The notes under the pieces were generated by a model. The model was not told the DNA's origin. It did no database searches and saw only the letters and a program-made list of their open reading frames with translations. From contig JBJMMA010000055.1 of the NCBI GenBank assembly GCA_045805065.1, positions 1 to 48,442 on the forward strand: DNA of 48,442 nt, in the 5' to 3' direction. Of this stretch, positions 1 to 8,644 are shown piece by piece; the first letter of the stretch is position 1; each line of letters starts with the position of its first letter. This stretch comes from Bdellovibrionia bacterium (GTDB lineage Bacteria; Bdellovibrionota; UBA1018). The position numbers were made by a program, and so were the translations under genes.

Positions 1-13
1 AACGAGAAGATGA

Positions 14-865
14 TTAAGCGTCATATTTGTAGAATCCTCGTCCGGTCTTCTTGCCCAACCATCCTGCTGCGACATACTGCTTCAGGAGCGGGGAAGGGCG
101 GTATTTTGAATCGCCGAGGCCGTCGTGGAGAACTTCCATGATGGCAAGGCAGGTGTCGAGGCCGATGAAGTCAGCCAGGGTCAATGGGCCCATCGGCTGA
201 TTCGTTCCAAGCTTCATGGCTGTGTCGATATCCTCAACCGAAGCCACGCCTTCATGGAGGGCCGTGACAGCTTCATTGATCATTGGCATCAGAATGCGAT
301 TCACAGCAAAGCCAGGCTGATCTTTTGCTTCAACGAAAGTCTTGCCCATTTTTTCGGCAGCAGCGCGAACGGCTTTGAAAGTTTCATCCGAAGTTTGAAG
401 GCCGCGAATGCCTTCGACAAGCTTCATCACAGGAACTGGGTTCATGAAGTGCATGCCGGCGACTTTTTCCGGGCGCTTCGTTTTTGCAGCAATCGATGTG
501 ATGCTGATGGAAGAAGTGTTGGATGCGAGAAGAGCGTCTGGAGCGCAGATCTCATCGAGTTGACGGAAGAGCTTGAACTTGAGCTCAGGGTTCTCGGTTG
601 CTGCTTCAACAACGAGCTGGGCCTTGTTGAGGCCTTGGATGCCATCGACAACGTTGATCGCATCGAGGATCTTTTGGACTTCGCCTTCGCTCATCTTGCC
701 CTTCTCAACGAGCTTCTTGAGCTGGCCTGCGATCTTGGCTTTGCCTTTTTCGGCAAATTCACGGGTTTGGTCGGCAAAGTCGACCTGAAAACCAGCTTGT
801 GCTGCCGTCTGCGCAATGCCTGCGCCCATTTGTCCTGCGCCGAGTACGCCAATTCTTGTAATCAT
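14..865 (-). CDS. hbd: 3-hydroxybutyryl-CoA / 3-hydroxyacyl-CoA dehydrogenase
   Basis: Rossmann motif [22 protein letters not shown], catalytic [29 protein letters not shown] upstream. Confidence 0.92.
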   Translation of the reverse strand: MITRIGVLGAGQMGAGIAQTAAQAGFQVDFADQTREFAEKGKAKIAGQLKKLVEKGKMSEGEVQKILDAINVVDGIQGLNKAQLVVEAATENPELKFKLFRQLDEICAPDALLASNTSSISITSIAAKTKRPEKVAGMHFMNPVPVMKLVEGIRGLQTSDETFKAVRAAAEKMGKTFVEAKDQPGFAVNRILMPMINEAVTALHEGVASVEDIDTAMKLGTNQPMGPLTLADFIGLDTCLAIMEVLHDGLGDSKYRPSPLLKQYVAAGWLGKKTGRGFYKYDA

Positions 866-898
866 GAAAGATTCCTCCGTTGGAGTTCGTAAATAAAG

Positions 899-2335
899 TT
901 ACTTACCAATACAAAATTCAGAGAAAATTTTCCCTAAAATATCGTCTGGGAGCGTCTCTCCGATGAGCGGCCCCATGGATGTCAGGGCCTGTCGAACATC
1001 CGCAGCAAAAAGATCGAGCTCGGTTGCGTCACGGGCGCGTTGAAGATGCTCTAAAGCCTCCGCGGCGGCCTGTGCTTCGTTCAATCGAGTCAGGACGACT
1101 TCGCCTGGATCGCGCTTGAGCCATTGACCTGCGAATTCGGTGATCGCTTCGACGGCAGAGGTAATGCCGTGGCCGGTCATTGCTGAGGTGGCAACCCAGC
1201 GGGAGATTCCAAATGTGGTTTGGCACTCACTTATGAGTGAGGTGAGGGGACCCTGCGGTAAAAGGTCTGTTTTGGTGAGAATCCCAAGAGCCTTTTGTTT
1301 TGGGGATTCTAGAATTTTCCACTGCTCCAAAGCAGCTGCAAGCGGGGCTGTAGAATCCACCAGGAAAAGCACGAGATCAGCGTCTTTTGCCGATTTAATG
1401 CTTCGGTCAATTCCCATGCGCTCAATTTCGTTGTCCGTTGTGCGCAGGCCAGCTGTGTCTTCCAGTCGAAGCGTTACGGTATTGCGTGAGCCGCTTAATG
1501 TGATTTTCTCACGAACAACATCGCGAGTGGTTCCGGGAATATCGGAAACAATTGAGCGATCTTCGCCTAAAAGCGCGTTAAAGAAGCTTGATTTTCCTGC
1601 ATTTGGAACACCTGAGAATGCGACCGGAATCCCGTCTTGGATCATCGCCCCGCGCTTGTAGCTCTGTTGAAGTCGCTCAAGGGCCGAGATAATGATTTCG
1701 AGACGTTTCTTAAGCTGCGGGAGACTTACCTCGTCGACGTCTTGGTCAGCAAAGTCGATTCCCACCTCACCTAAAACGGCAAGGTGCCTCAGGTTTTGTG
1801 CGAGATCCGTGATGAGCCGGTTTTGGCTTCCCGAGAGCTTCTCCAGGGCAAGGGATACGGCGCCATGATTGGATGCCGCAATGAGGTCCGAAACTGCCGT
1901 TGCCTGCGAGAGAGTCATCTTGCCGTTTCTGACGGCCCGAAAGCTGAACTCTCCGGGCAATGCCTGGCGAACTCCCAGTTTTGCCAAGACATCGAGCACG
2001 CGTGCAGCAATATAGCTTCCACCATGAAGGTGAAGCTCAACAACGTCTTCGCCTGTAAAGCTTGCGGGCGCTACAAAACGGACTGAAAGCGCATCATCCA
2101 TTTCTGCTGAGCCGACGGGCGCCTCAGGATCAATGAGGCGCACGCGGCAGAGCTTTCTTGGTTCTGACTTGATCGCGGTTGAGTCAGGCGTGATCTGGCC
2201 TAAGACATAAAATGCCTGAGGCCCACTGATGCGCAAAACGGCAACCGCTCCGCCTGGGGCGGAAGCAAGTGCTGCAACGGTATCTTCGGAAAGATACCCT
2301 GACTTATCTTGAACTCGCGGCAACTGCCGGGCCAT
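899..2335 (-). CDS. mnmE: tRNA modification GTPase MnmE (TrmE)
   Basis: SFTGEDVVELHLHG, GVPNAGKSS, IPGTTRD, DTAG, C-terminal FCIGK. Start taken at ATG 2335 (track uses TTG 2341); overlaps the yidC end. Confidence 0.95.
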   Translation of the reverse strand: MARQLPRVQDKSGYLSEDTVAALASAPGGAVAVLRISGPQAFYVLGQITPDSTAIKSEPRKLCRVRLIDPEAPVGSAEMDDALSVRFVAPASFTGEDVVELHLHGGSYIAARVLDVLAKLGVRQALPGEFSFRAVRNGKMTLSQATAVSDLIAASNHGAVSLALEKLSGSQNRLITDLAQNLRHLAVLGEVGIDFADQDVDEVSLPQLKKRLEIIISALERLQQSYKRGAMIQDGIPVAFSGVPNAGKSSFFNALLGEDRSIVSDIPGTTRDVVREKITLSGSRNTVTLRLEDTAGLRTTDNEIERMGIDRSIKSAKDADLVLFLVDSTAPLAAALEQWKILESPKQKALGILTKTDLLPQGPLTSLISECQTTFGISRWVATSAMTGHGITSAVEAITEFAGQWLKRDPGEVVLTRLNEAQAAAEALEHLQRARDATELDLFAADVRQALTSMGPLIGETLPDDILGKIFSEFCIGK

Positions 2336-3902
2336 GACCAATATTCAATTTCTTGTTCATGATCAGCTGCTGAATGATGCTGACCAGTGCGTTGACCAGC
2401 ATATAGAGCGTCAGTCCCGATGGAAGCGAGAGCATGAACGCACCGAAGATCAGCGGCATCATCATCATCATTTTTTGCTGAACAGGATCGGTTGCCGTGC
2501 TGGGTGAGAGCTTTTGCTGCATGAACATGGTTACCGACATCAGCACGGGCGTGACGTAGAACGGATCGTGCGCCGAGAGGTCCTTGATCCAGATCGCAAA
2601 TGGCGCGTGATAAAGCTCAATGGAGCTATAAAGAACGCGGTAGAGCGCGAAAAAGATCGGCATTTGAATCAACATCGGCAGACAGCCTGCCGCTGGATTG
2701 TAGCCATTGCTTCTCATGAACTCGAGCACCGCGCGGTTTTGAGCTTCCTTATCGTCCGCATGGCGGTCGCGGATCTTTTGGAGCTCCGGCTGAAGTCGAG
2801 ACATTTGCTTCATGCTCTTCATGCTCTTGTAAGTGAGCGGGTAAGTGATCAGCTTCAAGAGGACGGTCAAAAGAATGATCGCAACGCCGTAGTTGTGCAC
2901 AAATTGATAGAACCAGCGGAGGATCGAAAGAAGCGGATAAGCAATCGGCGTGAACCATCCGAAGTCAACCGTATGATCCAGAGTTGGGTCCACCGAGCGA
3001 AGGATTGGAAGCGCTTTTGGTCCAAAGTAAGCCTTCAAAGGAATGGAAACCGAGTTGGACGTGATTGGATAAACCAGGTTCACGCGGCCAGCGCCTGCAG
3101 CCGTAGGCTGGATCAGGGCTTTTGCTTCGATTGGAGAATTGTTCACCAAGGAGAAGAGGAAGTAGCGGCTTTGAACACCGATAAATTTCACAGCTGTGCC
3201 TACTTCACGAAGAGGAATCTCGCTGCCGAGCGCAACACGCTCGATGGAGTCGTTGGTGAAATAGAGGAGCTGGCGATCACGCTCTTCAGGATCTTTTTCC
3301 TTATGCTTCATTCCGGAAAGTGAAATGAAGGCATAACGAGGATGCTGATTCTTGAATTGAACGTTGACGTCCACGCCCAGGAAGTTTTGGCCGGTGGTAG
3401 CGGTAAAGCGGCGCTCCATTTTGACGTTGGCGTCTTCGTAAGTCCAGACGACGCCATCTTGGGTCTTTTTGAAATCACCTTGAACGCCGGTGAGGTAGGC
3501 AAGTGATGGATCATCAAAGGCGAGTTCGATTTGCTCGGGTTGATTGGTAACAGCCTGGACATCAACAGCACCGGTATCAACACTTAGGCCGCGGTAATAT
3601 TCTTTGAGGTTCCAGCTGCGAATCCATTTGCCGCTGTCTGCGAGAATCGCGTCGCCAGTTCCAGAAATGAGGGATTCGGTTTGAGCGGGCTTTTTGGTTT
3701 GAGGTGCAGCAGCTTGCGTTTGCGCAACTGGAGACTGTTGAGCACCGGATCCAGTCGTTGCGCTGGTGGAGTCCGTGGACAGCGGCTGAGTTTGAGCCGT
3801 TGTTGGAGCCTGCTTTGGCATGTGAGGTTCAATGTAGAGTTTTTGCCAGGCTAAAAAGATTCCGAAGCAAAGAATGATCGCAAGGAGTGTTCGACGGTCC
3901 AT
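2304..3902 (-). CDS. yidC: membrane protein insertase YidC
   Basis: N-terminal TM, periplasmic domain, VDFGWF, NYGVAIILLT, GCLPMLIQMPIFFALY, LPSGLTLY; canonical context. Confidence 0.97.
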   Translation of the reverse strand: MDRRTLLAIILCFGIFLAWQKLYIEPHMPKQAPTTAQTQPLSTDSTSATTGSGAQQSPVAQTQAAAPQTKKPAQTESLISGTGDAILADSGKWIRSWNLKEYYRGLSVDTGAVDVQAVTNQPEQIELAFDDPSLAYLTGVQGDFKKTQDGVVWTYEDANVKMERRFTATTGQNFLGVDVNVQFKNQHPRYAFISLSGMKHKEKDPEERDRQLLYFTNDSIERVALGSEIPLREVGTAVKFIGVQSRYFLFSLVNNSPIEAKALIQPTAAGAGRVNLVYPITSNSVSIPLKAYFGPKALPILRSVDPTLDHTVDFGWFTPIAYPLLSILRWFYQFVHNYGVAIILLTVLLKLITYPLTYKSMKSMKQMSRLQPELQKIRDRHADDKEAQNRAVLEFMRSNGYNPAAGCLPMLIQMPIFFALYRVLYSSIELYHAPFAIWIKDLSAHDPFYVTPVLMSVTMFMQQKLSPSTATDPVQQKMMMMMPLIFGAFMLSLPSGLTLYMLVNALVSIIQQLIMNKKLNIGHGPAVAASSR

Positions 3903-3921
3903 TCAGTTTATTTCCCAAATT

Positions 3922-4170
3922 TTATAATGATGAGTTCGTCTTTCTTACCACAGGGTCGTGGTAGGGCGTGGACGAAAAAGGATGACAACGCAGCAGACGA
4001 CGAATTCCCATCGGGAATCCCTTCGTCAAACCATGGGTTTTAACTGCTTCGGCCATATATTGGCTGCAGCTCGGTTCGTATCGGCATCCCAGGCCCAACC
4101 CGGCGAGCAGATGAAGTACCGGTGAGATGAGCACCTTATAAATAAGGAAGGGAATACGAGACCAATGCAT
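3922..4170 (-). CDS. yidD: membrane protein insertion efficiency factor YidD
   Basis: [10 protein letters not shown] and RLLRCHPF motifs; lies between rnpA and yidC. Confidence 0.93.
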   Translation of the reverse strand: MHWSRIPFLIYKVLISPVLHLLAGLGLGCRYEPSCSQYMAEAVKTHGLTKGFPMGIRRLLRCHPFSSTPYHDPVVRKTNSSL

Positions 4171-4182
4171 GATGAAAAAGCC

Positions 4183-4542
4183 TTACCGGTTTTCAAGAGC
4201 CCGTGGAAGCTCAGATTGAATTGAGCGGCCCAGTTTCTCGGGGTACGGATAGGCAAGTTTCTTATGGCCTGGAACGACGACATTATAATCAAAGCTTCCG
4301 AGGATCGGCCGAAGCAAGCGGAACTGTTCGCGGATCTGGCGCTTCGTACGGTTGCGCTCGACGGACGAACCTCGGGCTTTTAAAGTAATGCCTAGTCTGA
4401 AGTGATTTAAATCGTTTGGAACACGAAAGATCGTGCACTCCGATAGCCGGATAACCTGACTATTGGAAAAGAAGCGCTTGTACTGCCACGGATAGTGGAG
4501 CCGGAGCGCATATCCAAAAGATTGTGGATTTTTGGTGGGCAT
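4183..4542 (-). CDS. rnpA: ribonuclease P protein component
   Basis: RLGITL...SVERNRTKRQIRE (RNR motif); canonical position after rpmH. Confidence 0.9.
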   Translation of the reverse strand: MPTKNPQSFGYALRLHYPWQYKRFFSNSQVIRLSECTIFRVPNDLNHFRLGITLKARGSSVERNRTKRQIREQFRLLRPILGSFDYNVVVPGHKKLAYPYPEKLGRSIQSELPRALENR

Positions 4543-4574
4543 CTGCAGGCCTAAACATCAGGCCCAGACAAGCC

Positions 4575-4724
4575 TTATTTGCCAGCGACTTTCGCAGTCA
4601 GGCGCTTACGGCCTTTTGCGCGACGGCGCTTGAGCACCTTTTGTCCATTGGCAGTGGCCATGCGAGCACGGAATCCGTGACGGCGGCGGCGTTTTGTACG
4701 GCTTGGTTGGTAAGTCCTTTTCAT
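4575..4724 (-). CDS. rpmH: 50S ribosomal protein L34 (not in ORF track)
   Basis: Manual translation [56 protein letters not shown]. Confidence 0.98.
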   Translation of the reverse strand: MKRTYQPSRTKRRRRHGFRARMATANGQKVLKRRRAKGRKRLTAKVAGK

Positions 4725-4809
4725 AAATCCTCTGTAGCACGACTTGGGGCTGGCTTTGAATTGGTCTTAGCCATGCCTAGTCAATATAGGCTAAAAATTT
4801 TGTCCCCGA

Positions 4810-4838
4810 TTGATATACAACGCAGCAACAGTTGTCAA
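4810..4838 (-). promoter_or_regulatory. putative sigma70 promoter of the rpmH operon
   Basis: TTGACA-N17-TATCAA on the minus strand. Confidence 0.55.
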
Positions 4839-4871
4839 GAACGGTTCTCAATTCACTTCTTTGCGTAGATA

Positions 4872-4892
4872 TCGAGGCGGCCTGCCGCTACG
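4872..4892 (+). repeat. dnaA/parB upstream motif, copy 1 (TCGAGGCGGCCTGCCGCTACG)
   Basis: Near-identical to 4968-4989 and 12307-12328; contains a GCGGC/GCCGC dyad. Confidence 0.85.
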
Positions 4893-4967
4893 TTTCTGAT
4901 GATTTCGTTCTCTATGCAGATTGCCGGGGCTAACTGCCCATGCTATGGCTTTCGTCTCCCTAAAGAA

Positions 4968-4989
4968 TCGAGGCGGCCCTGCCGCTACG
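4968..4989 (+). repeat. dnaA/parB upstream motif, copy 2 (TCGAGGCGGCCCTGCCGCTACG)
   Basis: Ends 12 nt before the likely dnaA ATG (5002). Confidence 0.85.
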
Positions 4990-5001
4990 TTGATAATAAC
5001 T

Positions 5002-6516
5002 ATGCGAAGTGGTTTGAGCGAAGTTTCAGATATCAGTAAGTGGCCAGAGATCTGGCAGGCTGCGTACCATATGTTGGAGCAGTCTATTGTGCTCAATCAA
5101 CTCCAGGCTTGGATTCAGCCATTGGAGATGATTGGTACAGAAAGCGCTGAAAATGGGCTTCGAATCCGCTTGGCCGCGCCAAATGATTTTTCGGCGCAGT
5201 GGGTTCGGGATCATTATAAGAGGCCGATTGAGACTGCTTTCGCGCAGGTCACGGGCTCTTCTTGTGAAGTGGTTCTGACCGTTAAGGAAGGCGCTGAAGA
5301 GGCGCCAGAGCACGAGAGTGAGCCAGACTTTGCGTTAGAAGAACCAGCGCCTGCTGCTCATGCAACATCATTTTTGTCTCCTCCATCGGGGCTTCTCAAC
5401 AGCTTGGGCTCAAATCTGTCCTCAAAGTCCGCGAGCCCAATTTCAAACACGGGGAACGGCGCGATTCTGAGTCCTGGCTCGCGTATCGTTGTTGAGGCTG
5501 AACAGCACCTGGAGCCTCGTTATACATTTGATACGTTTGTGGTCGGAGCCAGTAATCAGTTTGCGCATGCCTCTGCCGTGGCTGTAGCTGAGCATCCGGC
5601 ACGCCAGTACAATCCTTTGTTCATGTATAGTCCTCCGGGCTTGGGAAAGACGCATCTATTGCATGCGATCGGTAATCACCTTTTAGCAAATCGCAGAAAT
5701 GCTCGGGTGGCTTATCTTTCCGCGGAGAGATTCGTAAATGAACTCGTCGACTCACTTCAGCATCGGAGAATGTCGCAGTTTCGTGCAAAATATCGCGACA
5801 GCTACGACCTGATTTTGATCGACGATATTCAGTTCATTGCCGGGAAAACATCGAGCGAAGAAGAGTTTTTCCATACCTTTAATGCGCTTCACAGTTCTAA
5901 GCGCCAGATCGTGGTTACCTGCGATCGTCCGCCTAAAGAAATCGAGAAGCTCGAAGAGCGCATTCGGACGCGTTTTGAGTGGGGTCTTGTGGTGGATATC
6001 GCTCCGCCGGAAATCGAGACACGTATCGCGATTTTGCGAGCGAAAGCAGAGCGCGACGATATCTATCTTCCGGATGATGTCGCAAACTTCCTTGCGTCTT
6101 ACATTAAAACGAACGTTCGTGAGCTGGAAGGCGTCTTGATCCGTCTTCAGGCCCAAGCGTCCCTGACGGGTGCTGAGATTTCGCTTGAGATGGCAAAGCA
6201 GGAGCTCAAGAGCGTGGTGCCTGAGGAAGGCTCGCATTTCACGATCGAGTCGATTCAGGCTGCGGTTGCGAAGTATTTCCACGTGAAGATTCTGGATCTC
6301 AAGTCGACGACGCGTTCTCGGAACGTGGCGTTGCCTCGCCAAATTGCGATGTACTTGATTCGTAAGTACACGGGGCTTGGTTTCAAAGAGATTGGCCACT
6401 ATTTCGGGGGCAAGGATCACTCCACCGTGATGCATGCTTGTAAGAAGATTGAGACCGATATGGATGCGGACTCCTCACTTCGCGATAGTGTTGAGTCGAT
6501 TCAAAATCAGCTCTAA
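5002..6516 (+). CDS. dnaA: chromosomal replication initiator DnaA
   Basis: YTFDTFVVGASN, YNPLFMYSPPGLGKTHLL, LIDDIQF, NVRELEG, RQIAMYL, GGKDHSTVMHA. Long Ser/Pro-rich domain II. Start at ATG 5002 is inferred (track uses TTG 4921). Confidence 0.97.
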   Translation: MRSGLSEVSDISKWPEIWQAAYHMLEQSIVLNQLQAWIQPLEMIGTESAENGLRIRLAAPNDFSAQWVRDHYKRPIETAFAQVTGSSCEVVLTVKEGAEEAPEHESEPDFALEEPAPAAHATSFLSPPSGLLNSLGSNLSSKSASPISNTGNGAILSPGSRIVVEAEQHLEPRYTFDTFVVGASNQFAHASAVAVAEHPARQYNPLFMYSPPGLGKTHLLHAIGNHLLANRRNARVAYLSAERFVNELVDSLQHRRMSQFRAKYRDSYDLILIDDIQFIAGKTSSEEEFFHTFNALHSSKRQIVVTCDRPPKEIEKLEERIRTRFEWGLVVDIAPPEIETRIAILRAKAERDDIYLPDDVANFLASYIKTNVRELEGVLIRLQAQASLTGAEISLEMAKQELKSVVPEEGSHFTIESIQAAVAKYFHVKILDLKSTTRSRNVALPRQIAMYLIRKYTGLGFKEIGHYFGGKDHSTVMHACKKIETDMDADSSLRDSVESIQNQL

Positions 6517-6626
6517 TCGGGCAGCCCTCAAAACAGGCCGAACGCCCTGAATTGTCTCGTAATTACAAGAACTTGTGCGCGAAATGAGCCCTGGTGGTCT
6601 GTTGTGTAATTCGCTAAACTAGAGGC

Positions 6627-8384
6627 ATGGTTTCAAAGGCTTTGGCTCATCGGCCTCTGGTTTTAACGGAAAACGCAAAAACAGTCCTATCTTCTCGTTA
6701 TCTTTGGAGAAATGAGAGCGGCGAAATCATCGAGACTCCGGAGCAGATGTTCCGTCGAGTTGCCGAGGCTGTCGCGTCTGTCGAGAATAGTGATCGCGCA
6801 GCCTACGCTGAGCGATTTTATGGTTTGATGATCTCGCGTCGGTTTATGCCGAACAGCCCAACATTGATGAATGCTGGTCGTACGGGTGGTCAGCTGTCAG
6901 CCTGTTTTGTTTTGCCGATTGAGGACTCGCTCGATAGTATTTTTACAACCCTGAAGCATGCAGCCAAGATCCATCAGTCGGGGGGTGGGACAGGCTTCTC
7001 GTTTTCCAAGCTTCGTCCCGCTGGTAGCATCGTTAAAAGCTCGTCGGGTGTGGCGTCGGGGCCGATATCTTTTCTTAGAATTTACGATACGGCGACCGAG
7101 ACAATTAAGCAGGGTGGTACGAGACGTGGCGCAAATATGGCCATTTTACGGGCGGATCATCCGGATATTTTTGATTTCATCGATTGTAAGCGTGACCAAA
7201 GGTCCATCCTGAACTTCAATATTTCGGTCGGGGCGACGCGAGAGTTCATGACGGCCGTGCGTGAAAATGGCCTGTTTTGGTTGCGAGACCCTAAGACGGG
7301 TGAAGGCGTGAGGCAGGTGAGCGCGCGGGAGCTTTTGTCTCGAATGGTTCAAGCTGCCTGGGAGTGCGGTGATCCAGGATTGGTTTTTCTGGATCGTATC
7401 AATGCCGTGAATCCTACGCCTCAAGAGGGCGAGATGGAGAGCACGAATCCGTGCGGAGAGCAGCCGCTTCTTCCTTATGAGTCCTGTAATTTAGGCTCCT
7501 TGAACCTGGGCGAGTATTTTTCAGAGGAGCGCGGGTTTCTATGGGAAGAGTTTAAAAAAGACATCCGTGTCGCGGTCCGTTTTCTGGATAACGTCGTGGA
7601 TTTGAATTTTTACCCGATAGAAGAATGCGAGAAAATCACGAAGAAAAACCGCAAAATTGGCCTTGGCATTATGGGGTTTGCAGATGTGTTGCTGATGCTG
7701 GGTTTGCCTTATGACTCTCTAGAAGCACGTGATTTTGGTGAGAAGGTGATGGGCTTTTTGGATCGCGAGGCAAAATCCGCGTCCGCGGAGCTCGCGCGTG
7801 AACGCGGAGCTTTTCCTAATTTTGAGAGTTCCATGTGGAAACGCCTGGGCTATCCGCCACTTCGAAATGCAACCGTTACGACGGTGGCTCCGACGGGGAC
7901 GATCAGTATTATTGCCGGGGCATCGAGTGGAATTGAGCCCATTTTTTCGGGTGTTTTCTACAGAAACGTACTTTCAGGAAAGCGCTTGGTTGAGGTTCAC
8001 CCTGCCGTGGAGCGAGCCTTGCGAGGGCGTGCTTTGAAGCTCGATGAAATGACAGATGAGAGAATTTCAAAGGAGCTTGGAAAGGCGTGGTCTCCCGCGC
8101 AGAAAGTTCCAGTGGATGCGCATGTGAAAATGCAGGCTGTTTTTCAGCGTTTTTCAGATAGTGCGGTTTCAAAGACCGTGAATCTTCCCGAATCTGCGAC
8201 GACCGCGGATATTGAGAATGCATACCTTCAGGCCTATGACTTAGGTTGCAAGGGGATTACCGTATATCGAGACCGCAGCCGCTCTGCGCAGGTCTTGGAG
8301 CATGCTGCGGGCACTCAAACGACGCAGGCGAGCCCTGAGAGTATTTCAGGAGATGGTTCGGTAAAGGTTTGCCCGTCTTGTTAG
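6627..8384 (+). CDS. nrdJ: class II (adenosylcobalamin-dependent) ribonucleotide reductase, short form
   Basis: FMPNSPTLMNAG, QLSACFVL, GGGTGFSFS, QGGTRRGANM, TNPCGEQPL, VAPTGTIS, GCKGITVYR, C-terminal CPSC; no adjacent R2 gene. Confidence 0.9.
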   Translation: MVSKALAHRPLVLTENAKTVLSSRYLWRNESGEIIETPEQMFRRVAEAVASVENSDRAAYAERFYGLMISRRFMPNSPTLMNAGRTGGQLSACFVLPIEDSLDSIFTTLKHAAKIHQSGGGTGFSFSKLRPAGSIVKSSSGVASGPISFLRIYDTATETIKQGGTRRGANMAILRADHPDIFDFIDCKRDQRSILNFNISVGATREFMTAVRENGLFWLRDPKTGEGVRQVSARELLSRMVQAAWECGDPGLVFLDRINAVNPTPQEGEMESTNPCGEQPLLPYESCNLGSLNLGEYFSEERGFLWEEFKKDIRVAVRFLDNVVDLNFYPIEECEKITKKNRKIGLGIMGFADVLLMLGLPYDSLEARDFGEKVMGFLDREAKSASAELARERGAFPNFESSMWKRLGYPPLRNATVTTVAPTGTISIIAGASSGIEPIFSGVFYRNVLSGKRLVEVHPAVERALRGRALKLDEMTDERISKELGKAWSPAQKVPVDAHVKMQAVFQRFSDSAVSKTVNLPESATTADIENAYLQAYDLGCKGITVYRDRSRSAQVLEHAAGTQTTQASPESISGDGSVKVCPSC

Positions 8385-8396
8385 CTTGGGGGACGC

Positions 8397-8425
8397 TTGA
8401 TTGCGTTCTCGGTCTGGGATAGTTT
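8397..8425 (+). promoter_or_regulatory. putative sigma70 promoter of tRNA-Gly
   Basis: TTGATT-N17-TAGTTT. Confidence 0.5.
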
Positions 8426-8452
8426 TATGTCTGTCTTTAGTCTCTTTTATGG

Positions 8453-8529
8453 GCGGGTGTAGCTCAGTTGGCTAGAGTGCGAGCTTCCCAAGCTTGAGGT
8501 CGAGGGTTCGAGCCCCTTCACCCGCTCCA
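8453..8529 (+). tRNA. tRNA-Gly(CCC)
   Basis: Acceptor GCGGGTG/CACCCGC, U discriminator, encoded CCA, anticodon arm CGAGC-TTCCCAA-GCTTG, T-loop GTTCGAG. Confidence 0.97.
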
Positions 8530-8644
8530 TTTCTTAATAATTTCAGAGAAATTTCAGGGCAATTTCAAATAGTTCGAAGTTCAGCCTGTACGCGTAAGGC
8601 GATTGACTGGGCGTGACAAAGAGTGTTAATCGCTTAGCACTTTT

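Noticed and set aside
4921..5001. TTG-initiated N-terminal extension of DnaA in the ORF track
   Set aside because: It overlaps the repeated upstream motif and has no DnaA-like sequence; ATG 5002 fits better, though the start is unproven.
6275..6290. parS-like sequence ATTTCCACGTGAAGAT in dnaA
   Set aside because: Only the core matches; about five outer positions deviate from consensus.
8453..8529. tRNA-Gly as an integration site for an island
   Set aside because: No integrase, no duplicated tRNA 3' end, and the neighbours are core genes.
8621..8642. CIRCE-like arms GAGTGTTAA-tcgc-TTAGCACTT before mnmG
   Set aside because: Arms are in the reverse order with the wrong spacing for HrcA; it may still be a small dyad of unknown role.
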